A stretch of DNA of 32,075 nucleotides from a virus (IMGVR_UViG_3300038316_000066:1-32075), one strand, 5' to 3'. Positions 18,791 through 25,645 are shown, counted from the first letter of the stretch. Notes: generated by a model from the letters alone, not told the origin. Made by a program: numbers and translations.

Positions 18791-20647
18791 CTATCCCTTC
18801 CTTTTCTGATTCAAAAAATATTGAACGCCCATTTTAGGCTTGAACATGGTCGCTATACCAGTACTATATCTTTTTACAAAATCGTTGTTCTTTATGTCAT
18901 ATCTGACAGTTGCGCCGTCTTTTGTAGTAAATCCAAAAATATCTTTGTTATCTATTGGGCTGTTAGCTAATACAAGTGCACGATTGGCATATTGTTCACG
19001 TGTAAAAGATGGATATTGCTTGCTGTGGTCACGTTTTCCACCAATCCAATGCTTATTAAGATTCTTTTTAGTAAATCCGTTGTTCATTGTAGGGGAGCTT
19101 ATTTTATCACTGTTGCTTTCATTTGTCAACTGTTTGTTTTGTGATAAGACATCAGCATTTTGGCCTTTCCTTTTGAATTTCCCATCTGGATTGCGCGGGT
19201 GCTCACTTTCTTCGTAATCAGAATCCTGTGCTTGCTGCGGTTCTTCTGTTGGCATTGGCATATCGCCTATGTCTGGCTTGTCATCGGCATTTTTAATATC
19301 CTCGTCTGTGATATTACTAAACATGCCGGTAGTATCTTGTAGAGCATGAAGCTCTTTCATGCCGATTTTATCAGAAATAAGCCCTTCACTGTGTGCAGCA
19401 ACAATAGAATTGACTTTGCTTGAAACGATATCCGCCTTTTCTTTCTCTGTAGGTACACGTATAGGGTTAAATGCGATTTTTAAGTCGTCCGGTACTGCGC
19501 CAAACTCGCTCATGCACATAATAGGCACAAGCTGCTCCAAAGCCGACCTGATTTTGTTTTCCTGTATGCTTTCGAGCATCGTATAATAGTTATCCATATC
19601 CGAGTCGCCTGTCGCATCAAGACCGGCAGCGGAACGACCAAACAATATTGTAATCGGTATGCCGGATACAGATGACATATCATACTGGAATATCTCGAAC
19701 ACTTTATCAAGGCCTGCAAAAGAATACGGGTGATTTTGCAAATCATCGTCTTTGCCAATTACTCGCGTACCAAATGAGCTCATTAAGCGCTGCTGCGCAT
19801 GTATTGACTGAATAAAGTTTTGCTTTGCTGAATTTGGCGCCATACCTAATAGAGCGTCTATATTTTCTGTCTTTTGCGTCCATATATTAGCCTGCCAAAC
19901 AAGATTAGCAATATTACCGAGTACATTGTCATAACGCCGTAACGATTCAAATATTGTTTCGACTTTAGAAATGCCCCATTCTTGCTCCAATTGGCGTTCC
20001 CAATATGGTAGCTCATCACCTGTAAAGCGTAATATTCTGCTGTGGTGTACTGTTAACGAGGACGCAGACTGTTCATCTGCACGCACTTCATATGTATCAG
20101 GCAGTCCGAAATCAGGGTCATTAATATCATCGACAAGCGTATCAGAAGGATATATTCCGCTCCATCTGTCTACAATGTGGACGCCTTTAAAGCTATCCGG
20201 TTCAACAGTCTTTAAATCAAGCGGCTGGTCTAACTGGTCGCCCTGCCCGTCAATAATGATTAAACCTGCAGCACCACCAAATAAGTATCCCCATCTCAGG
20301 CCTTCTTCAATTTTTGCTTTGATGTTTGTTCTACGCGCTAATGTATCTAATGCATCAAGCTGCTCAGGCGAGAGCTGCGAATCTATTTTGAACCAGTGCG
20401 AGACAGCATCTTCGACAGGCTTGTTGATTATGCGCCTTAAAATTCCGCTGCTGCGGTATAAAGACAACATAAGCATATAGTTTTGTGTAAGACGCGTTAA
20501 AGGATATACAGCAGATTCAGTAAGATTTTCTGCTCCAAAACCTAAACCTGCAGCTGGATTTGAATATGCATCATTCGCCATCATGCGTATTTCATCTTCT
20601 GTGCTCATCGGCGGCACATTTTGCTGCTTTTTATTATGCTTCTTCAA
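18791..20647 (-). CDS. Portal protein (DUF1073-type) with a ~143-aa C-terminal putative toxin extension
   Basis: LYRSS...RII..P..D, VH.SR.LRF.G..LP, WG.S, IP.T.LFG.S..GL.ATG..D..NYY motifs; downstream of TerL; extension carries HPR..DGKF and RYD...N.FV...TMFKP. Confidence 0.9.
   Translation of the reverse strand: MKKHNKKQQNVPPMSTEDEIRMMANDAYSNPAAGLGFGAENLTESAVYPLTRLTQNYMLMLSLYRSSGILRRIINKPVEDAVSHWFKIDSQLSPEQLDALDTLARRTNIKAKIEEGLRWGYLFGGAAGLIIIDGQGDQLDQPLDLKTVEPDSFKGVHIVDRWSGIYPSDTLVDDINDPDFGLPDTYEVRADEQSASSLTVHHSRILRFTGDELPYWERQLEQEWGISKVETIFESLRRYDNVLGNIANLVWQANIWTQKTENIDALLGMAPNSAKQNFIQSIHAQQRLMSSFGTRVIGKDDDLQNHPYSFAGLDKVFEIFQYDMSSVSGIPITILFGRSAAGLDATGDSDMDNYYTMLESIQENKIRSALEQLVPIMCMSEFGAVPDDLKIAFNPIRVPTEKEKADIVSSKVNSIVAAHSEGLISDKIGMKELHALQDTTGMFSNITDEDIKNADDKPDIGDMPMPTEEPQQAQDSDYEESEHPRNPDGKFKRKGQNADVLSQNKQLTNESNSDKISSPTMNNGFTKKNLNKHWIGGKRDHSKQYPSFTREQYANRALVLANSPIDNKDIFGFTTKDGATVRYDIKNNDFVKRYSTGIATMFKPKMGVQYFLNQKRKG
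19101..19129 (-). promoter_or_regulatory. Internal sigmaA promoter embedded in the portal-toxin linker
   Basis: TTGACA (19129-19124), 17 bp, TAAAAT (19106-19101) with extended TGn; encodes LTNESNSDKI. Confidence 0.7.
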
Positions 20648-20730
20648 AATATGTCACCTCCAACTCAATAATTGCTTTCGCAAGCCGTCTGCCTTTTGCA
20701 AGGGCTATTTTGTAATTCATCTTTTTAGCC

Positions 20731-20940
20731 TTACTTTAGCTCATACGCTCCGCCAAGAACATCAATTGGCAGTATCGATATCGTTCCGTTAAATACTGCA
20801 AACTTTTTTATTTGATTACCAGAGCGAGTAAGTATCAAGTAGTTTCCAGTTACTTTTGAAGCGTCTATTGCTCTGTCCGGCGCAATTGTTTCTTCCTTCG
20901 GTGCAATTGGCTTTAATTCTTTATCTTTCTTTTCTTCCAT
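20731..20940 (-). CDS. Hypothetical protein, 69 aa
   Basis: AAGGAGAG RBS directly after the TerL stop. Confidence 0.6.
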   Translation of the reverse strand: MEEKKDKELKPIAPKEETIAPDRAIDASKVTGNYLILTRSGNQIKKFAVFNGTISILPIDVLGGAYELK

Positions 20941-20949
20941 ATGCTCTCC

Positions 20950-22194
20950 TTACTGCCCAGCCAAACGATAATTGGGGACAATTGTATTTACAAAATAGCG
21001 TATACTGTCCATCGCATGGTCTGATACTTTTAATGGCTTTTCTTCTCCGCGCTCACACGCTTTAGAATCCCAAACATAGCTACGCATTTCTGCAATAGTG
21101 TTTTTGCATTGCTCATTGATTTTTATTTTCCTGCGATATATCAGGTTTGCTACATTGCGTATGCCTTCCAAAACTTCATTATTAGCTTCTCTAACGGCAT
21201 ATCCGCGCCTGCGCAATTGCGCCTTAAATGACGCTGCTGACGGGTCTATCACTACGCATGTTAGCAATGGACGCTTTGAAAAGAACCTGTCAAAATCATC
21301 TGCATATTCATCATTTGCCTTGTCTTTGTTCATTTTGCGCCCGTCGTAATAATACTCGCGGTCTATCCATATCGTGTTACCGTCGTCATAGATGTCAAGA
21401 AACACGCATGGGTTTTCAGTGCCATAGTCCACTGCGCAATATCTGCATGATAGCGATTCAAGCTCAAGCTTGCGCGTACTTTCATTGTAAATGTTGTCTT
21501 TGGTAAACATGGGATAAATAAGCCCTTCTGCTTCTACCCATTCGCCGAGAATATAGCGCTGATAGAATACACCAGAAAAGTTATTTCGCGCTTTTTTCTT
21601 AGCTTCTTCCGTAAGTCCTGGATTATCGTCAAGCAAAAAGTGTATTCGTTTCGCGTTATGCTGGTCTAACTTTTGTATCCACTCAGTATAAAACCAATTT
21701 AACGGGCTTTCGGGGTTACAGTTAAACCATAGTTTTGCATTTGACGTTGAAATTGTACGTGCAATAGCTTGGTCAACAAATGATTCTGGCATAAGCGCTA
21801 CTTCATCGAAAAGTACTCCGCATAGCGTAATACCTTGTATCAGTTGATAAGAGCTTTCGTCTTTGCCGCCAAATATATAAAAATAGTTTACATGATTGCC
21901 TTTTTTTATTGTTATTAAGGATAATGAACGTAAATAGGTAATATCGTATTTTTTTGCAACACTTCTTAATTGAAGCAGTGGCATAACGATATTTCTTTCA
22001 GCAGCGCGAACCGTTTTACCGCATACACCGAAATTGCTCTCCGTGTATTCATGCATAGCCCATTCTATATATGAAACTATCATCATTATTGTTTTCCCGG
22101 TACGGATAGCGCCATCACATATAAGAGCATCATAATCTTCATGTGGGAAGCGGAATATATCAGCTTGTTTTTGCGATACTTTTTCAAACTTCAT
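20950..22194 (-). CDS. terL: Terminase large subunit (PBSX family)
   Basis: Walker A DGAIRTGKT, Walker B VLFDE, coupling motif CNP, nuclease AVDYG, IDPSA and DHAMD. Confidence 0.92.
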   Translation of the reverse strand: MKFEKVSQKQADIFRFPHEDYDALICDGAIRTGKTIMMIVSYIEWAMHEYTESNFGVCGKTVRAAERNIVMPLLQLRSVAKKYDITYLRSLSLITIKKGNHVNYFYIFGGKDESSYQLIQGITLCGVLFDEVALMPESFVDQAIARTISTSNAKLWFNCNPESPLNWFYTEWIQKLDQHNAKRIHFLLDDNPGLTEEAKKKARNNFSGVFYQRYILGEWVEAEGLIYPMFTKDNIYNESTRKLELESLSCRYCAVDYGTENPCVFLDIYDDGNTIWIDREYYYDGRKMNKDKANDEYADDFDRFFSKRPLLTCVVIDPSAASFKAQLRRRGYAVREANNEVLEGIRNVANLIYRRKIKINEQCKNTIAEMRSYVWDSKACERGEEKPLKVSDHAMDSIRYFVNTIVPNYRLAGQ

Positions 22195-22657
22195 GTTTTA
22201 CCGCGTCCTCTACTGCATTATAAAAATTATCGTCCTCTTCTTGATTGTCGCCGTGCTGCTCTGGAGGCTTATCACGCCATTTGTCTGGTCTACGATTCTT
22301 TAGCCAAAATATTTGAGCTGTTGTATCAGGAACAATTTCCTTTTGTACGACTTTTGTTGTCTTTAAGATTTCCGTACCTGTTTTTTTGTCCGTTGCAAGC
22401 TCTTTTGTCGTTTCATCGTATTTATAGCCGAGTGCGCGTTTAAGCAGAGCATTTTCAACTTCAATGTCAACAATTTCTTTGCCTTTTTTTAAGGCGTTGC
22501 ATATCTCGCCATGATTTAGCTTGTAACGATACAATGTTGCAACATTGATTCCCATGTTATGGGCTATTTGTTCATCTGTAAGGCCATCTCTTGCCCATGC
22601 TTCGAGCTTGGTTAAGCCGTCTTTAGTTATCCACTTTTGATATTTGCCTTTCGCCAC
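22184..22657 (-). CDS. terS: Terminase small subunit (HTH type)
   Basis: WARDGLTDEQIA.NMGI...TLY, VENALLKRALGY, PDTTAQIFWLKNR.P.KWRD; overlaps the terL start. Confidence 0.85.
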   Translation of the reverse strand: MAKGKYQKWITKDGLTKLEAWARDGLTDEQIAHNMGINVATLYRYKLNHGEICNALKKGKEIVDIEVENALLKRALGYKYDETTKELATDKKTGTEILKTTKVVQKEIVPDTTAQIFWLKNRRPDKWRDKPPEQHGDNQEEDDNFYNAVEDAVKHEV

Positions 22658-22700
22658 ACGGCTCACCACCAACCTTGTTAGAATTTTATTGAAAAGCCAT

Positions 22701-22998
22701 TTAATTAGCTTTTTTTACACTAATTGTAATCTCTTTTAGCTCTATATCCGGCCGATTAGCGAATTGACAGCTTCCGCCTGTTATACGGTCTGTCCAAAAA
22801 TTATCTCTAATGGCCTCTTGCGCATCTGTGAATACATTCAATTGTGAAGTACAGCCCTGTGGGTATTTATCGCATGTGCATTTAATATGCATATACGTTT
22901 GTGCATTTATTCCCATCTGTAGGGAGGGTAGCAGGACAAATAATTCTGCCATCTTTAAACCTTTGAGTAATATTGTTGAAATCTGCGCACTTATTCAT
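22701..22998 (-). pseudogene. Cys-rich hypothetical protein split by an apparent +1 frameshift
   Basis: GGGAAGGTG RBS; ATG 22998 gives MNKCADF...CTNVYAY* (TAA 22882-22884); the +1 frame continues KCTCDKYPQGC... to 22701. The ORF-track ATG 22952 lacks a clear RBS. Confidence 0.5.
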
Positions 22999-23032
22999 AA
23001 TAGAACAACACCTTCCCTCTATAAGTGCGCAT

Positions 23033-23242
23033 TTATTTATTAGAGCTGTGCCTTTCTTTTAGCTCACTTTTTAGCATGTCGTATTCCGCTAATTCATCAT
23101 TAGTGAGCGAATGCTTATTTTTATTGTGCAGCTCTATATAGCGCATCTTCAATTCATTGCACAGCTTTACACAATGTGGAAGAAAGCACGACGGAACGCT
23201 TGTTTTGTTGTAGCCACTGTTGGGGCAGTTATCGCAAATCAT
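23033..23242 (-). CDS. Small Cys-rich hypothetical protein
   Basis: GAGGTG RBS; C..C....C....C N-terminus. Confidence 0.6.
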   Translation of the reverse strand: MICDNCPNSGYNKTSVPSCFLPHCVKLCNELKMRYIELHNKNKHSLTNDELAEYDMLKSELKERHSSNK

Positions 23243-23270
23243 GCTTTCACCTCAAATTAAAAATGAGCAT

Positions 23271-23300
23271 AATAAAAGCCCTGACTATAAAGCCAGAGCC
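23271..23300 (-). terminator. Intrinsic terminator on the minus strand
   Basis: GGCTCTGGCT-TTAT-AGTCAGGGCT-TTTATT, stem with G-U pairs. Confidence 0.65.
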
Positions 23301-23333
23301 TTGAAAATATTTGAAATTATATTGGAAAAAGTA

Positions 23334-23362
23334 TTGACATACTCGTATGAGTATGCTATAAT
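23334..23362 (+). promoter_or_regulatory. Consensus sigmaA promoter with a palindromic operator in the spacer
   Basis: TTGACA (23334-23339), 17 bp, TGc-TATAAT (23357-23362); inverted repeat CATACTC-GTAT-GAGTATG at 23338-23355. Confidence 0.85.
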
Positions 23363-23385
23363 AAATACAGAAAGGAGGTAAACCG

Positions 23386-23502
23386 ATGAGGAGCAAAAAG
23401 AAAGCTCGAAAGCGTCGGTTGAAAAAGCTGAAAGAAATTCTCGAATGGATATCACTCATAACAGGAATTATTTCAGCAATTTACACAATGCTTAAGAGCT
23501 AA
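23386..23502 (+). CDS. 38-aa basic, single-TM peptide (type I toxin-like)
   Basis: AAAGGAGG RBS; MRSKKKARKRRLKKLKEILEWISLITGIISAIYTMLKS; below the ORF-track cutoff. Confidence 0.75.
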   Translation: MRSKKKARKRRLKKLKEILEWISLITGIISAIYTMLKS

Positions 23503-23509
23503 CAGGCAA

Positions 23510-23527
23510 GGGGAACAAAAGTTCCCC
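23510..23527. other. GC-rich hairpin between microgenes 1 and 2
   Basis: GGGGAAC-AAAA-GTTCCCC perfect stem, no adjacent U-tract. Confidence 0.6.
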
Positions 23528-23540
23528 AAGCTCCTCTTTT

Positions 23541-23570
23541 ATTATATCCCATCGGTATGAATATGGTCAA
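23541..23570 (-). promoter_or_regulatory. Candidate antisense sigmaA promoter
   Basis: TTGACC (23570-23565), 18 bp, TATAAT (23546-23541), pointing across the 38-aa peptide gene. Confidence 0.55.
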
Positions 23571-23733
23571 GAGATTTAAAAATGTGGCAATCCTTTGTCT
23601 TTTCCTTGCGAACCTTGCCTTGTCCGTAAAATGCGGATTTAGCGTGCTAAGCGTTATAGCACTTGTGTTGGCCGCCATCGTAATTATCTGGGATATCATT
23701 GATGCAGTCCGCAGTGGGGGGAAACGAACATGA
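23557..23733 (+). CDS. 58-aa two-TM membrane protein
   Basis: MNMVKRFKNVAILCLFLANLALSVKCGFSVLSVIALVLAAIVIIWDIIDAVRSGGKRT; ATGA overlap with the next gene; weak RBS. Confidence 0.65.
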   Translation: MNMVKRFKNVAILCLFLANLALSVKCGFSVLSVIALVLAAIVIIWDIIDAVRSGGKRT

Positions 23734-23903
23734 GTAAAACATCCACAGCGGTGAAACGGAAGTACAACGATAAAACTTATAAGCGCTGGTATGCCGATAT
23801 GAAAATCAGTGAATATGAAGAAATCGAAAAGCTTCGTGGTGATTTAAGCCGGCCGGATTTTCTCCGGCTGCTGATTGCAAAGTATAAAGCAGAGGACAAA
23901 TAA
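23730..23903 (+). CDS. 57-aa ribbon-helix-helix-like DNA-binding protein
   Basis: MSKTSTAVKRKYNDKTYKRWYADMKISEYEEIEKLRGDLSRPDFLRLLIAKYKAEDK; K.KYN.K.Y.R strand-helix-SR..F helix pattern. Confidence 0.7.
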   Translation: MSKTSTAVKRKYNDKTYKRWYADMKISEYEEIEKLRGDLSRPDFLRLLIAKYKAEDK

Positions 23904-23921
23904 TCCTCTGCTTTTTCTTTT
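23886..23921 (+). terminator. Intrinsic terminator of the microgene cassette
   Basis: AAAGCAGAGGA-CAAATAA-TCCTCTGCTTT-TTCTTTT. Confidence 0.8.
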
Positions 23922-23924
23922 GCG

Positions 23925-23950
23925 AAAAAGGACGACCCGAAGGTCGTCCT
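23925..23950 (-). terminator. Intrinsic terminator downstream of the tRNA-like element
   Basis: AGGACGACC-TTCG-GGTCGTCCT-TTTT on the minus strand (UUCG tetraloop). Confidence 0.8.
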
Positions 23951-23960
23951 GAAATAATCA

Positions 23961-24054
23961 TAGGAGTAGAGATTCTGATTTGAACCTAAACGGCGTAGTG
24001 CACTAGCCAACCGGGACGCAATCCCGTGAGTTACCCAGATTGCCCCATCTTTGC
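23961..24054 (-). tRNA. Degenerate class II (long variable arm) tRNA-like element; identity undetermined
   Basis: Acceptor GCAAAGA/TCTCTAC (5/7 pairs), D arm GGG...TGGGTAA-CTC, anticodon stem CGGGA/TCCCG with 5-nt loop TTGCG, variable arm GGCTAG-TGCA-CTACGCC, GGTTCAAATC T-loop with imperfect stem, 3' TCCTA. Confidence 0.5.
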
Positions 24055-24279
24055 ATATTACCGGTCCTTCCCAGTAACAAGTACAATTTATTTTTCTTTG
24101 TTAAAATTGTAGGTCAAGTTAATGTTTATATCTAATATGCTAATAATTTATTATTATAATTGTAAATATTTATTATTGATTTTCCGAATAATTTGATTAT
24201 AGTTGTAAGTGGAAAATGCTGAAATTAATGTAAGCCGTTAGTAGCATTGCATCAGGTAAAATTAAAGGAGGACTCAAGA

Positions 24280-24915
24280 ATGACTAAAAAGTGTAAAAAA
24301 ATTCTGTCGTTTGTTTTGTCCGCATCCTTTATTCTTGTGTGCATTCCGACCGCAAGAGTATTTGCGGCAGAAAAAAGCATCTTACCCGCAAATCGGCCCA
24401 CACATCAAGTACTATACACCAACAATTTTGAAAACAGTGAAACATATCCCATTGCTTCCAATCCATCCTATCAAATTAAATCAGTTGGGACAGGCCATGC
24501 TCTCTTCTTTACACAGCCACTAAATGAAAGCAACCAGTATGAATTATATGCTGATTTTTTAATACCTTCTTATCACGGAGATCTATACCCAGATACTACC
24601 GTCAATTTTGATGTTATACTTCCTAAGAATGCCGTAAACTTTAATGGTAATATTCTGGGCGATTTTGAGTTCTATGATAACGGATATTGGAAAAGTGCGA
24701 GTTGGAATGCTCCATCCGGATCTGTGGAAGCATCCGACTTTAAAAATCTTGGTAATGGCTATTGCAGTGCTCGTATGTCCGTCTCAATTTACGATCTCAC
24801 AAGTGCAGAAAATGCAACTCGCTTAAGGATCGCAGTTTATGGGACCGCTATGGGAAGAATAACGACCAATTATTCCGGATTAATTGGCATAGACAATATT
24901 GTGTTTACCCTTTAG
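24280..24915 (+). CDS. Moron: secreted protein with a CBM-like beta-sandwich domain
   Basis: AAAGGAGG RBS; signal peptide MTKKCKK-hydrophobic-VFA|AE; N.FE start and YSGLIGIDNIVF end, typical of galactose-binding-like CBM folds; AT-rich upstream region. Confidence 0.7.
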   Translation: MTKKCKKILSFVLSASFILVCIPTARVFAAEKSILPANRPTHQVLYTNNFENSETYPIASNPSYQIKSVGTGHALFFTQPLNESNQYELYADFLIPSYHGDLYPDTTVNFDVILPKNAVNFNGNILGDFEFYDNGYWKSASWNAPSGSVEASDFKNLGNGYCSARMSVSIYDLTSAENATRLRIAVYGTAMGRITTNYSGLIGIDNIVFTL

Positions 24916-24978
24916 AATTTTGTTGATTAAAAATTTGTACTTGAGTCTACAGTGCTACTAAAAGAATATGACTTTGTC

Positions 24979-25012
24979 AAAAGGCATTTGGTCAAACGAC
25001 CAAATGCCTTTT
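24979..25012. terminator. Bidirectional intrinsic terminator
   Basis: AAAAGGCATTTGGTC-AAAC-GACCAAATGCCTTTT perfect 15-bp inverted repeat. Confidence 0.85.
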
Positions 25013-25038
25013 CAATTTCAAACTTTGCACGCTAAGGC

Positions 25039-25069
25039 AAAAGAAAAGCGCCCGGCCATCGCCGAACGC
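25039..25069 (-). terminator. Terminator immediately downstream of the putative late promoter
   Basis: GCGTTCGGC-GATG-GCCGGGCGC-TTTTCTTTT on the minus strand. Confidence 0.7.
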
Positions 25070-25091
25070 CTTTCCGAAATTCCCTGATTAT

Positions 25092-25145
25092 ATTGTAGCA
25101 CGGATAAAAGGAGCAGAACGGACAGTTTCGTACAGAAATGTACAG
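25092..25145 (-). promoter_or_regulatory. Putative late promoter with phased activator-binding repeats
   Basis: Extended -10 TGc-TACAAT (25100-25092), no canonical -35; CTGTAC/CTGTAC/CTGTCC at exact 10-bp spacing (25145, 25135, 25125), just downstream of the regulator stop. Confidence 0.65.
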
Positions 25146-25150
25146 CTTTT

Positions 25151-25645
25151 TCAGCGCACCATTTCCGGAAAGACAATCTGGTCGGACATTATGGTTAACT
25201 GAAGAAGGACAATCCGCGCATGTTCTCTTGCCTGGCGCTCACTCAGCTCTACTTTGTCCGCAATCTCTTTCCATGTCGGCCGGCGCTGGTATTTGCGCTT
25301 CCTCGGGCCTCCCATGTATCGCAGCTCCAGTATGTAACGGTCAGTTGGGTCGAGCTTCCCGAGCGCAACACCGAGCCAATTCTGTTTTTCTTTCAAATCC
25401 GCAATTTGCTTCTGGCAGTCCATTTCTTCCTTTTCGTAGAAGCGCGCCTGGTCTTTCAGTGCCATATTGGCTGTCCTGTCTCCGGTCATGCCTTTGCCGC
25501 CCGGTAACCCCGACAGGTTGACAGGCGGCAATGTTATCTTATTTTTCTCTTCTTCGCAGTGACGGATGGTAGCCCATTCTTCGGCAACCATGGCCGGGAT
25601 GTCATAATAGGTTTTCAGCAGATTCTTCACTTCATCAACTGTCAA
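25151..25645 (-). CDS. Late transcription regulator (ArpU/RinA/sigma70-region-4-like)
   Basis: DRTA..A, L..LD...R.ILELRY, TW.EIA.....SERQ HTH; last early gene; TTG 25645 follows AAAGGA (alternative GTG 25663). Confidence 0.75.
   Translation of the reverse strand: MTVDEVKNLLKTYYDIPAMVAEEWATIRHCEEEKNKITLPPVNLSGLPGGKGMTGDRTANMALKDQARFYEKEEMDCQKQIADLKEKQNWLGVALGKLDPTDRYILELRYMGGPRKRKYQRRPTWKEIADKVELSERQAREHARIVLLQLTIMSDQIVFPEMVR

Noticed and set aside
20411-20417. TTCGACA (0A-box complement) as a target of the phage Spo0A domain
   Set aside because: A single heptamer inside the portal CDS is expected by chance; none was noticed in the promoter regions.
18791-20647. Anti-CBASS Acb1 label sometimes attached to DUF1073 proteins
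   Set aside because: Position after TerL and the motifs identify a portal; no 2H-phosphoesterase HxT/S pair is recognisable in the extension.
20634-20744. Possible 36-codon gene (MS*SKAKKMNYKIALAKG...) before the portal
   Set aside because: TAA at codon 3, weak RBS and very short; noted only as a possible extra lesion.
2336-22998. Stop-codon reassignment (alternative genetic code) as the cause of interrupted genes
   Set aside because: TAA, TAG and TGA all end intact genes normally here, most breaks need a frame change rather than readthrough, and no suppressor tRNA is evident.
23499-23699. Hydrophobic 66-aa minus-strand ORF, and 23247-23459
   Set aside because: Antisense to the plus-strand microgenes, which have a promoter, translational coupling and a terminator; no RBS.
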